Shown here piece by piece: positions 9,096 through 18,200 of a DNA stretch of 57,724 nt. Numbering within the stretch: position 1 is the stretch's first letter; each line of letters starts with the position of its first letter. The DNA is from an uncultured Bacilli bacterium. Its GTDB lineage: Bacteria > Bacillota_I > Bacilli_A > RF39 > UBA660. The notes under the pieces were generated by a model, which had not been told where the DNA came from, searched no databases, and saw only the letters and a program-made list of their open reading frames with translations. The stretch lies in NCBI GenBank assembly GCA_947628095.1, contig CANQYO010000001.1:1-57724 (forward strand), given 5' to 3'. The position numbers and the translations under genes are program-made.

Positions 9096-11486
9096 ATGAA
9101 AGATGAATTAAAAACAAGAATTGACATTAAAGTAGGTCTAACAACTAATGAAGTAAATGAACGTATTAATAAAAGATTAATGAATTATAATAATCAACCT
9201 AAAACAAAGACAATTAAAGAAATTATTATGTCTAATGTTTTTACCTACTTTAATTTTTTAAACATTTTTTTAGGAGCTGCTGTTATTTTAGCTGGTCTTT
9301 TTTCGGGAAGAATATTTTATTCTCTTAAAAATTGTTTATTTATGGGAGTAATTTTCTGTAATACTATTATTAGTACTATTCAAGAAATTATTTCTAAAAA
9401 AATAATTGATAAATTGTCAATCATTTCAAGTAGTAAAGCAACAGTTATTCGTAATGGACAAGAAGTATCTATTGAAAATGAACAAATTGTTTTAGATGAT
9501 ATTGTAGCTTTAAAAGCTGGTAATCAAGTTGTTGTTGATTCAATTATTCGTGAAGGTTCAGTAGAAGTAAATGAGTCTTTTATAACGGGAGAATCTGATA
9601 CTGTTGTAAAAAAAGCTGGAGATACTATTTTATCAGGTAGTTTCATTGTATCTGGTAATTGTTTATCTCAAGTATTTCATGTTGGAGATTCTAACTATGT
9701 TAATACAATTTCAAGTGAAGCTACTTATATTAAAGAAATCAATTCTGTAATTTTAAATTCCTTTGAAAAAATAGTAAAAGTTTTATCAATTATTATTATT
9801 CCATTAGGAGCGTCTTTATTTTGCAATCAATACTTAGTTATAGGAAGTTCAGTAAGTGATTCAATTATTAATACAGTTGCAGCTTTAATTGGTATGATAC
9901 CTGAAGGTTTGGTTCTTCTTACAAGTTCCGTTATGGCTGTTAGTATTATAAGATTAAGTAAATACAAAGTTTTAGTTCAACAACTATATTGTATTGAAAC
10001 CTTATCTCGTGTTAATGTTATTTGTTTAGATAAAACTGGAACAATTACTACGGGAAACATGAAAGTTTATGATATTATTCCTAATAAAGGTTATACAAAA
10101 TCAGATTTTGAATATATATTAAAAAAGATTACCAATAGTTTGTTTGATGATAGTCCAACCTTTAGAGCTTTAAAAGATAAATATCCTGAGAAATTAAGTG
10201 TTGATATTAAAAATACTATTGCTTTTTCTTCAGAAAGAAAGTTTTCAGCTGTTGAAATAAATGATGATGCTTCATATTATATAGGAGCATATGAATATGT
10301 TTTAAAGGGATTAGAGTTAGATTATTCTTTAATTAAAGATTACCAAAAAGACTATCGAATTTTAGTAGTTTGTAAAAATAATCAACCTTTAGATGAAAGG
10401 CCACAAAATTTAAAAATAATTGGTTTTGTTCTAATTGAAGACGAGATTCGAAAAGAAGCTAAAGCCACGCTTGAATTCTTTAAAAGTCAAGGTGTTAAGA
10501 TTAAATTAATTTCTGGTGATAATCCAATTACAGTTTTAAATATTGCTAAAAAGGCTGGTATTAATGATGAGCTTAAAGCAATTGATGCTAGTGATTTTGA
10601 AAGCAAAGAAATTGATGAATTGGTAATTTCAAATGATATATTTGGACGTGTTACTCCTAAAGGTAAGAAAAAAATTATTTTGTCTTTGAAAAAGCAAGGT
10701 TATATTACAGCTATGACAGGTGATGGAGTAAATGATGTTTTAGCTTTGAAAGAAGCTGATTGTTCAGTAGCTATGGCAAGTGGAAGTGATGCAACAAGGG
10801 CAGTAAGTCAAATTGTACTTTTAGATAATAATTTTGCTTCTATGCCTAAAATAGTTGCTGAAGGTAGACGAACTATTAACAACATCGAAAGAAGTTCATC
10901 CTTATTGTTAGTTAAAACTATATATACCATTTTATTAATTTTAACTTGTTTATTCACGAGAAGTAGGTATTTCTTTATTCCAATCCAATTAACTTTAATT
11001 ACTGCTTGTACAATTGGAATTCCATCATTTATTTTAGCACTTGAGCCAAATACTAATATTGTTTCAGGAAACTTTATATTAAAAATATTTAAAAACAGTA
11101 TTCCGGCTGGAGTTACAGTATTTTTAGATGTTGTAATAATTGTTTTATTTAAAATTGCTTTTAATCTTGATGATGAAATTGTTAATTCTTTAGCTGTTTT
11201 AATAACTGGTATAACTGGATTTATTCATTTATATCATGTTTCTAAACCATTTAATCATTTAAGAATAGCCTTATTTAGTATTTTATTAATTGGCTTTTTA
11301 TATGGTGTATTCTTCCAATATTCATTCTTTGATATTAAGAGTATGAATTTGCCAATTGGTTTAATTACCTTCTTACTAATTATCTTTTCATTCTATGCTT
11401 ATGAATTATTACAAAGGTTCCTTCAATTTTTAACTAGAATATTCACGAAAAGAGAAGAAGTAACCTTAAAGAAAAAAAGCTATTAG
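9096..11486 (+). CDS. Cation-transporting P-type ATPase (HAD/E1-E2 family)
   Basis: 796 aa; TGES, phosphorylation site DKTGTITTG and hinge TGDGVNDVLALKEAD motifs; multiple TM helices. Confidence 0.9.
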   Translation: MKDELKTRIDIKVGLTTNEVNERINKRLMNYNNQPKTKTIKEIIMSNVFTYFNFLNIFLGAAVILAGLFSGRIFYSLKNCLFMGVIFCNTIISTIQEIISKKIIDKLSIISSSKATVIRNGQEVSIENEQIVLDDIVALKAGNQVVVDSIIREGSVEVNESFITGESDTVVKKAGDTILSGSFIVSGNCLSQVFHVGDSNYVNTISSEATYIKEINSVILNSFEKIVKVLSIIIIPLGASLFCNQYLVIGSSVSDSIINTVAALIGMIPEGLVLLTSSVMAVSIIRLSKYKVLVQQLYCIETLSRVNVICLDKTGTITTGNMKVYDIIPNKGYTKSDFEYILKKITNSLFDDSPTFRALKDKYPEKLSVDIKNTIAFSSERKFSAVEINDDASYYIGAYEYVLKGLELDYSLIKDYQKDYRILVVCKNNQPLDERPQNLKIIGFVLIEDEIRKEAKATLEFFKSQGVKIKLISGDNPITVLNIAKKAGINDELKAIDASDFESKEIDELVISNDIFGRVTPKGKKKIILSLKKQGYITAMTGDGVNDVLALKEADCSVAMASGSDATRAVSQIVLLDNNFASMPKIVAEGRRTINNIERSSSLLLVKTIYTILLILTCLFTRSRYFFIPIQLTLITACTIGIPSFILALEPNTNIVSGNFILKIFKNSIPAGVTVFLDVVIIVLFKIAFNLDDEIVNSLAVLITGITGFIHLYHVSKPFNHLRIALFSILLIGFLYGVFFQYSFFDIKSMNLPIGLITFLLIIFSFYAYELLQRFLQFLTRIFTKREEVTLKKKSY

Positions 11487-11530
11487 TGTTATGAACCTTG
11501 ATTCTATATTTTAGAACCAGGTTTTTTATT

Positions 11531-11561
11531 TAAAGAAAAAGATTATCATGAGTGATAATCT
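11531..11561 (-). terminator. Rho-independent terminator after rarA
   Basis: Perfect 9-bp stem agattatca / tgataatct (11540-11561) with a 4-nt loop, followed on the - strand by a T-rich run. Confidence 0.65.
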
Positions 11562-11577
11562 AAATGTTAGTTTTTAT

Positions 11578-12816
11578 TTAATCTTCTTCTTTTAAAGTTG
11601 CTTCTTGTTTTAATTTTTCAATAGCTAAATCTACTTGTTTTAATGTTCGTTCATATTTACTATTATCTTTGGGTTTATAATATTTTTTATTTTTAATGTT
11701 GTCTGGTAAATATTGTTGATATACCCATGCATTAGGGTAGTCATGTGGGTATTTATAATCTTTTGAAGTAGTCTTGATGTGATTTGGAGGATTACCACAT
11801 CTTCCAGTGTCAACATCATTTAAAGCTTCATTGATTGCTAAATTAGCAGAATTTGATTTAGGAGATAAAGCTAGTTCTATAACAACAACAGATAGGGGAA
11901 TTATAGCTTCAGGTAACCCAACTCGATTAGCAGCATCTATTGCAGCCATAACTTTTGGGCCCATACTAGGATTAGCAAGACCTATATCTTCATAGCAAAT
12001 AACAGTAAGTCTTCGGAATATACTATCTAAGTCTTCAGCTTTAAGCATTCTTGCTAAATAATGAAGACTTGCATTAACATCACTTCCCCGAATTGATTTT
12101 TGAAAAGCACTTAAAACATCATAATAACCATCTTCATTTTTATCATGAAAAAAATTATGTTTGTTATCAATATTTTTTAAAAATTCTAAATCTATTTTAT
12201 GGTCAGTTGCCGAATAATAAGCTAGTTCTAATAAATTATAGGCATATCTTAAATCGCTTCCTGAAACATTGGCAATGTAATTGATACTTTTATTATCAAT
12301 TTTAATATTGGGCAAAACATCTTTTTTAACTGCCATTTTTAAGCCATCTTTTATATCATCACTTGTTAATTCGTGAAGTTCAAATAAATGGCATCTACTT
12401 CTAATAGCTGGGTTAATACTATGAAAAGGATTACTAGTTGTAAGACCTATTAGAGTTATTAAGCCACTTTCAAGTTGAGGCAACAACAAGTCTTGTTTAT
12501 CTTTATTTAAACGATGTATTTCATCAACAATTAAAACTATTCCATCATATACTTTAGCTTCTTCAAATACTACTTGAAAATCATGTTTATCATTGATAGT
12601 AGCATTTAAAAGACGATATCGAATACCTAAATCATTTACTAAACTAATGGCAATTGATGTTTTACCAATACCAGGTTTTCCATATAAAATCATCGAAAAA
12701 ATTTTTTTATTTTTTATTAAATTGCTTAAAACTTTTCCTGGGCCAATTAAATGCTTTTGACCCAATACTTCTTTAATTGAATTAGGACGTAGTTTAAGCG
12801 CTAGGGGTTTATCCAT
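11578..12816 (-). CDS. rarA: Replication-associated recombination protein A (AAA+ ATPase)
   Basis: 412 aa; Walker A GKPGIGKTS, Walker B LIVDEIHRLNK, C-terminal MgsA-type domain (HYLARML, YKYPHDYP). Confidence 0.9.
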   Translation of the reverse strand: MDKPLALKLRPNSIKEVLGQKHLIGPGKVLSNLIKNKKIFSMILYGKPGIGKTSIAISLVNDLGIRYRLLNATINDKHDFQVVFEEAKVYDGIVLIVDEIHRLNKDKQDLLLPQLESGLITLIGLTTSNPFHSINPAIRSRCHLFELHELTSDDIKDGLKMAVKKDVLPNIKIDNKSINYIANVSGSDLRYAYNLLELAYYSATDHKIDLEFLKNIDNKHNFFHDKNEDGYYDVLSAFQKSIRGSDVNASLHYLARMLKAEDLDSIFRRLTVICYEDIGLANPSMGPKVMAAIDAANRVGLPEAIIPLSVVVIELALSPKSNSANLAINEALNDVDTGRCGNPPNHIKTTSKDYKYPHDYPNAWVYQQYLPDNIKNKKYYKPKDNSKYERTLKQVDLAIEKLKQEATLKEED

Positions 12817-12949
12817 ACTATCACCTACATATATACATATTTTATCACTAAATAGGTAAAATATAAAGGTAAATTCTTAGTTATAAACTAATTAATTTAT
12901 TGACTTTTTAAAATTCATATAATATACTTTTTTTGAATAGAGGCGAAAT

Positions 12950-13570
12950 ATGAGTAATAATATAAAGAAAAATAATCGAGTTGATTATAACAATCGAAAT
13001 CCATATAATCAAAGTAACAATGTAAATTCTAATCCTATTTCATATGAGCAATATTATAATAATGATTACAACCAAAAAGAATCTGACGAAAAGAAAGAAA
13101 ACAAGAATTTTATTAATAAAAAAATGATTATTATAATTGGAGGAAGTGTTCTAGCTTTAATCATAATTATTATTGTTTTAATTAAGATTATTCAAGGAAC
13201 GGGTAGAATTGATGAAACTAAAGGTTTAGCTTTTGTTGAAAATGCTAAAAATTATATTGAAGAAGCAAAACAATTAGGTGAAAATGAAAATCTTGACAGT
13301 ACTAAAAAGTATCGACCAGATTGCTCTAATGATAGTCAAGTTATGTATATTACTTTAAGTGATTTAAATTTAAAAGATAATTTAGAAAGTCCATTTGGCA
13401 AAAAATATCAACTTGCTTCTTCATTTATCATGGTTCAAAGTATTGTAAATAATGATAAAAGTTGTACTTATGATTATTATATTTATTTAACTGATGGTAC
13501 ATATTCTTTAGGAACTGTTAATAGTCCACTTAAAGAAAATCAAATAGCAAAAGATAAAATTCATAAATAG
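12950..13570 (+). CDS. Hypothetical membrane-anchored protein with an Asn-rich N-terminus
   Basis: 206 aa; low-complexity N/Y/Q region, one TM (IIIIGGSVLALIIIIIVLIKII), about 125-aa extracytoplasmic domain. Confidence 0.5.
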   Translation: MSNNIKKNNRVDYNNRNPYNQSNNVNSNPISYEQYYNNDYNQKESDEKKENKNFINKKMIIIIGGSVLALIIIIIVLIKIIQGTGRIDETKGLAFVENAKNYIEEAKQLGENENLDSTKKYRPDCSNDSQVMYITLSDLNLKDNLESPFGKKYQLASSFIMVQSIVNNDKSCTYDYYIYLTDGTYSLGTVNSPLKENQIAKDKIHK

Positions 13571-13674
13571 TTTTAAAACGCTTGATAATAAAGTTTAAAA
13601 TACCTAGTTGCATTTACAATAATGGAAAGTGGTGTTATAATTAAATCGTGGTATAAAATATAATGGAGTTTTAT

Positions 13675-14568
13675 ATGTTAGATGATTTAAAAGATTATTT
13701 AAGTTATATATCACTTATGAAAAAGCTTTCCAATAATACCGTTATTAATTATCAAAAAGATTTAGAAAACTATCTTTTATATTTAAAAGAAAACAATAAA
13801 AATTCTTTTGAAAGTATTGATGTAAGATTTATTGATAATTATTTGCAATATTTAAGAAAAAAAGGTTTGAGTTCTAGAAGTATTGCACGACATATAACAG
13901 CAATTAGAGAATTTCATAAGTATTTATTAAGAGAAAAAAAGATTACAAAAAATATTTTAGATGATGTTGAAAATGTTAAACAATCAAAATATCTTCCTAC
14001 TATTTTAAAGGATGAGGAAATAGATAAAATTTTAGATATAGATTTAGATAACGCCTTCAAATACCGTGATAAAGCAATGCTTGAGCTTATGTATGGTTCA
14101 GGACTACGTGTTTCAGAATTAGTTAACTTAACTTTATATAGTATAGATATGGAAAATGATATTATTTTGATTGAAGGAAAAGGAAATAAAGAAAGAATTG
14201 TACCTTTAAACCCCTATGCTAAAGAAGCAGTTAACAATTATTTAAAAGTAAGAAATACTTTAGTTAAAAAGAAATATGCTAATGTTGACAAGTTATTCTT
14301 AAATAATCATGGAAATGGTATTTCAAGACAAGGTTTTAATTTCATTTTAAAAAATATTTTAGAAGAAAAACAAATAAAAACTCATGCTACACCACATACT
14401 TTAAGGCATACTTTTGCAACAGATTTGCTTAATAATGGAGCTGACCTTAAAAGTATACAAGAATTATTAGGACACAGTGATATAGCAACAACAAGTATAT
14501 ATACGCATGTAGTCAATAATAAATTAAAGGAAGATTACATAAAATATAACGCAAGAAAAGAGGAATAA
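13675..14568 (+). CDS. xerD: Tyrosine site-specific recombinase XerD (XerC/D family)
   Basis: The ORF track starts at 13663. The ATG at 13675 follows a GGAG RBS. Catalytic motifs GLRVSEL, HTLRHTFATDLL, LLGHSDIATTSIYTHV. The xerD call rests on adjacency to deoB, as recalled in other Bacillota; it could be XerC. Confidence 0.75.
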   Translation: MLDDLKDYLSYISLMKKLSNNTVINYQKDLENYLLYLKENNKNSFESIDVRFIDNYLQYLRKKGLSSRSIARHITAIREFHKYLLREKKITKNILDDVENVKQSKYLPTILKDEEIDKILDIDLDNAFKYRDKAMLELMYGSGLRVSELVNLTLYSIDMENDIILIEGKGNKERIVPLNPYAKEAVNNYLKVRNTLVKKKYANVDKLFLNNHGNGISRQGFNFILKNILEEKQIKTHATPHTLRHTFATDLLNNGADLKSIQELLGHSDIATTSIYTHVVNNKLKEDYIKYNARKEE

Positions 14569-14569
14569 T

Positions 14570-15733
14570 ATGAAATTTAAAAGAATATTTTTAATTGTTT
14601 TAGATTCACTAGGAGTAGGGGAAGCTGTAGATGCTCAAAGTTATGGAGATAAAGGAGCCAATACTTTAGGTAATATAATGAAAAATTATGATTTATTCAT
14701 TCCCAATTTACAAAAATTAGGTTTTTTAAATACAATTACAATGAATAATAAAGAAAGTGAAGCTTATTATACGATTGCAAGACCTAAAAATAAAGGCAAA
14801 GATTCCTTATCTGGACATTATGAACTTATGGGAGTTCAAACAGATATTTCATATAAAACATTTGATGAAAATGGATTTCCAAGAGAAATGCTAGAGAAAA
14901 TTGCTAATGAAACCAAAAAAGGCATTATTGGTAATATTGTAGGTAACCCAATTTCTGTAATAAATAAACTTGGTGACCGTCATATGGAAACCAAATCATT
15001 AATTGTATATACTACTCTTGATTCTAATTTAGAAATAGCTGCCCACGAAGATGTTATTCCAATAAATGAATTATATCAATATGGTGAAATAATACGTGAA
15101 ATAACTAAACGTGAAGAATGGAAAGTAGCTCGTGTAATTGTTCGACCTTTTACAGGAACAAGTGGTAATTATACTTTAACTAGTAATGCTAGAAGTTACA
15201 CCTTAACTCCTCCTAACAAAAGTGTTCTAGATATATTAAAAAATAATGAATTACAAGTCATTTCAATTGGTAAAATACATGATTTATATAATGGTTATGG
15301 TATTACTAAAATAATTAAATCAGGAAACAATTTAGAAGGTATTAATAAATTAACTGACATCATGGACAAGAATTTTACTGGTTTATGTTATCTTAATTTA
15401 AGTGATTTTGATACTTTATATGGACATACAAGAGATGTTGTAGGTTATGCAAAAGAAATTGAAGCTTTTGATGTTGAAATGCCAATTATTTTAAATAAAT
15501 TAAATATAGATGATTTATTAATCATAACAGCTGACCATGGAAATGACCCAACTATGCCTGGATGTAGTCATACAAGAGAAAATGTTCCTGTAATTGTTTA
15601 TTCTAGATTATTTAAAACACCTGGACAATTAGAAGTTTTAGATACCTTAGCTGATATAGGAGCTACTATTACTGATAATTTTAACCTTGAAAAACCTTGG
15701 TCAGGAACTAGTTTTTTAGATAAATTAAAATAA
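14570..15733 (+). CDS. deoB: Phosphopentomutase
   Basis: 387 aa; N-terminal IFLIVLDSLGVGE and C-terminal ITADHGNDPT motifs of DeoB. Confidence 0.9.
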   Translation: MKFKRIFLIVLDSLGVGEAVDAQSYGDKGANTLGNIMKNYDLFIPNLQKLGFLNTITMNNKESEAYYTIARPKNKGKDSLSGHYELMGVQTDISYKTFDENGFPREMLEKIANETKKGIIGNIVGNPISVINKLGDRHMETKSLIVYTTLDSNLEIAAHEDVIPINELYQYGEIIREITKREEWKVARVIVRPFTGTSGNYTLTSNARSYTLTPPNKSVLDILKNNELQVISIGKIHDLYNGYGITKIIKSGNNLEGINKLTDIMDKNFTGLCYLNLSDFDTLYGHTRDVVGYAKEIEAFDVEMPIILNKLNIDDLLIITADHGNDPTMPGCSHTRENVPVIVYSRLFKTPGQLEVLDTLADIGATITDNFNLEKPWSGTSFLDKLK

Positions 15734-15759
15734 AGTTTTTAGCACTTGCATATTATAAT

Positions 15760-16206
15760 ATGGAGGTGCTTTTTATAAAATTTAATTATGCTGATATGCT
15801 AAATCAATATTTAACAAATATATTTATGTTGAAATGTAATTTAAATATTTTATATTTTAATATAGTAGGGGAGTTTAGTCTATTTTATAAAAAAAGAATA
15901 TTAAATGATTTAAAGGAAATTAATAAATTTTATTTAAAATTAGGAAATTTAATAAAAAAAATAGGAGGTTATCCTATAACTAATTTGGAAGAAATAAAAA
16001 GTATTTCAACATTAAAAGAATTATCTAGTAAAGATTATACTGCTAATGAAGCGTTTAATATTTTATTTAATGATTTTAATATCATAAATAATATGAATAA
16101 TCAGGTATTTAAATATGCTATGAAAAAATATGATGTAAGCAGTATAAATCTTGTGCTAGAATTTAATAACTACTTGGAGAGAAGAGTAGGGGTAAAAGCA
16201 AAATAA
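15760..16206 (+). CDS. Divergent Dps/ferritin-like protein
   Basis: 148 aa; LNQYLTNIFMLKCNLNILYFNIVGEFSLFYKK matches the Dps helix A/B pattern, but the usual metal ligands are not obvious. The true start is uncertain because the first ATG sits inside a GGAGGTG sequence. Confidence 0.4.
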   Translation: MEVLFIKFNYADMLNQYLTNIFMLKCNLNILYFNIVGEFSLFYKKRILNDLKEINKFYLKLGNLIKKIGGYPITNLEEIKSISTLKELSSKDYTANEAFNILFNDFNIINNMNNQVFKYAMKKYDVSSINLVLEFNNYLERRVGVKAK

Positions 16207-16401
16207 TTATTCCATTTCATTTGAATTATATTTGTCAGTTATATTATTTTGATTTTTATTGCATGTATCAGACTTAGAATTTAAATTATTATTAAATTCA
16301 TTACTTTCAAAACTACGACGAGAATTATTTATTTGATTTTTTGATTTATTTGTAGTTTTGTTTTGTTTGTTCATACTTTGACTTTTTTTCATTTTTATCA
16401 C
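16207..16401 (-). CDS. Hypothetical 64-aa Asn/Lys-rich protein (may be spurious)
   Basis: Low-complexity ORF abutting the dps-like stop with zero spacing; weak GGGTGA RBS. Confidence 0.25.
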   Translation of the reverse strand: MIKMKKSQSMNKQNKTTNKSKNQINNSRRSFESNEFNNNLNSKSDTCNKNQNNITDKYNSNEME

Positions 16402-16448
16402 CCATTTATAGTATGTCTAACATTTGTTTTTCTATAATTTTTTTTGAT

Positions 16449-16491
16449 TAACTTCCCCTATCAAAATTTGGATTTCAAAGAGGGGAAGTTA
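16449..16491. repeat. Perfect 11-bp inverted repeat (hairpin) in the terminus intergenic region
   Basis: taacttcccct (16449-16459) / aggggaagtta (16481-16491), 21-nt loop, not followed by a T-run on either strand. Confidence 0.6.
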
Positions 16492-16588
16492 TAAGGTATA
16501 AATATTAGTTAAAAGCTAAAAATATTAATATAAATTAAATTAATAAATTTTTAAATTTAAATTGAGTTGGATAATTATTCAATTTTTT

Positions 16589-16817
16589 AATTCTCGATTG
16601 CTTCTAGAGCATTTCAATTTATTTAGCAAAATAACCCAATCATTTTTAGATAAGCTTATTTGTAATTAAATGGATATTTATTCATTAAATTAAATCTCGA
16701 TTATCTACTAATCATATTTATAATCATATAATATAGATTATAGATAATTATAAAAGAAAATATATAATATAAAATTATAAATAAAGATTAAAAATAAATA
16801 ATCTTGATTTGCATCTA
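16589..16817 (+). repeat. Three spaced copies of an AATCTYGATT...TCTA motif
   Basis: aattctcgattgcttcta (16589-16606), aatctcgattatcta (16693-16707) and aatcttgatttgcatcta (16800-16817), spaced about 100-107 bp apart in a roughly 520-bp non-coding AT-rich tract. Confidence 0.45.
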
Positions 16818-16918
16818 ACAAATTTATATAATAGAAGTATATTAATTAATATATTTATATAAGAGTATTTATAGTATATGTAATATAGATTTTTTTATGA
16901 TAAAATTAAAAATATTTA

Positions 16919-16946
16919 ACTTTATATAATATATATTATGTTAAGT
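16919..16946 (+). other. dif: dif-like XerC/XerD recombination site (left prophage junction)
   Basis: ACTTTATATAA-TATATA-TTATGTTAAGT matches the recalled B. subtilis dif ACTTCCTAGAA-TATATA-TTATGTAAACT at 23/28. The arms are 9/11 inverted repeats of each other. It lies at the gene-strand switch. Confidence 0.75.
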
Positions 16947-17924
16947 TCTGTGTTTTCTGAATTCAAAATATTCTATATGATTATCTAGTTTATCATTATA
17001 CGTATTAAAAAAATCTACATCATATGATTTAAGTAATTCACTAAAATATAGTTTATCTCTATCACATGATAAATCAAGATAATCAACAAAAGGTTTGTTT
17101 AAATTATGTGAATAAAAATATCGACGTTTTCCAAAAAATTTATTATCGATATCTTTAGTCATATATTTAGATATATAACCTATAATTTTTCTTATATCAC
17201 CTTTAATAAAATCTACTCTTGTATAACCTTTATTCCAATATCGTACATCATAACATTTAGAACGTTCTAAATCAGTCATAGTTTTTAATTGTTCTTCAGT
17301 AAATTCTTTTTGTGGAAATATAACATCAGGTACATCTTCAATACTTATATTTGATAATACATGATAATGAATAGCATAAACACCATAACGACGTCCCCTA
17401 CTCTTTTGAATTTCAGGAACTGCTAAATATTTAAAATCTTTTTTAAGTTTACGAATATTACTAACCCAAGAATTAAATACTTTATTACAAGTAGGTATAT
17501 CTTCAATATCTAAAGTATCATTATCAGCAAATGTTAAAGTAATAAAAGTACCCCATTCACTTATATTTGATTTTGCTAATCTTTGACAATTAAACCGACT
17601 ACGACTAGCATTTAAATATGATATAGTTCTAAGTTCATTTTTAAACTTAGTTTTTGAAAGATTTTCAGTATCAAAATCTAATAATTTATTAATTCTAATT
17701 TCTCTATCTAAATTATCAAAATTTTTACTATCATTAAAACTATCACTATACTTAGTTGTAGCATTTTCATAATAATAAACTTGAATATAATCATTACAAT
17801 TGATAATCTTAACTGAATATTTTTCTAATCTATTTTGACACAATTTTGACATTTTATACTTAGATATGAGACTACTATCAAGTAATAGAGTCTCAATATC
17901 TTTCTTTACATTATCATTTGACAT
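16941..17924 (-). CDS. Rolling-circle replication initiator (HUH endonuclease), phage Rep
   Basis: 327 aa; RCR motif I FITLTF, motif II (HUH) HYHVL, motif III YISKYMTK. The stop codon lies inside the XerD arm of the dif-like site. Confidence 0.75.
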   Translation of the reverse strand: MSNDNVKKDIETLLLDSSLISKYKMSKLCQNRLEKYSVKIINCNDYIQVYYYENATTKYSDSFNDSKNFDNLDREIRINKLLDFDTENLSKTKFKNELRTISYLNASRSRFNCQRLAKSNISEWGTFITLTFADNDTLDIEDIPTCNKVFNSWVSNIRKLKKDFKYLAVPEIQKSRGRRYGVYAIHYHVLSNISIEDVPDVIFPQKEFTEEQLKTMTDLERSKCYDVRYWNKGYTRVDFIKGDIRKIIGYISKYMTKDIDNKFFGKRRYFYSHNLNKPFVDYLDLSCDRDKLYFSELLKSYDVDFFNTYNDKLDNHIEYFEFRKHRT

Positions 17925-17927
17925 AAA

Positions 17928-18200
17928 CTAACCTATATTAATAAATGGTATCTTCTTTAAAACCCACATTATTAATCGATAAGAATATTCAAATGTAATT
18001 AAAAATATAACATAAGGTGCTAATCTATTTATAGTACTAATTCTAACAAACATTGGTAATAAACCTAAATTTTGAAATATAACATCAAAAACATGACTAA
18101 CAGAACTTATAAAATCTGCCGGAAAAGATGCGGAAGGAAGTACTTCTATAATAGCATAAAAAGACAATAATATAGGAGATAATATAAACTCTAATAACAT
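17928..18200 (-). CDS. Phage small integral membrane protein (pVI-like minor coat candidate)
   Basis: 90 aa; 3 hydrophobic segments; start overlaps the stop of the upstream ORF. Confidence 0.45.
   Translation of the reverse strand: MLLEFILSPILLSFYAIIEVLPSASFPADFISSVSHVFDVIFQNLGLLPMFVRISTINRLAPYVIFLITFEYSYRLIMWVLKKIPFINIG

Noticed and set aside
12900-12926. Sigma-A promoter (TTGACT ... TATAAT) upstream of the 12950 ORF
   Set aside because: Spacing between the best -35 and -10 hexamers is 13-15 nt, which is too short to call with confidence.
16500-16920. CRISPR array or tandem-repeat locus in the AT-rich tract
   Set aside because: The three motif copies are short (15-18 bp), imperfect and about 100 bp apart, without a regular repeat-spacer structure. 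No cas genes are in the window.
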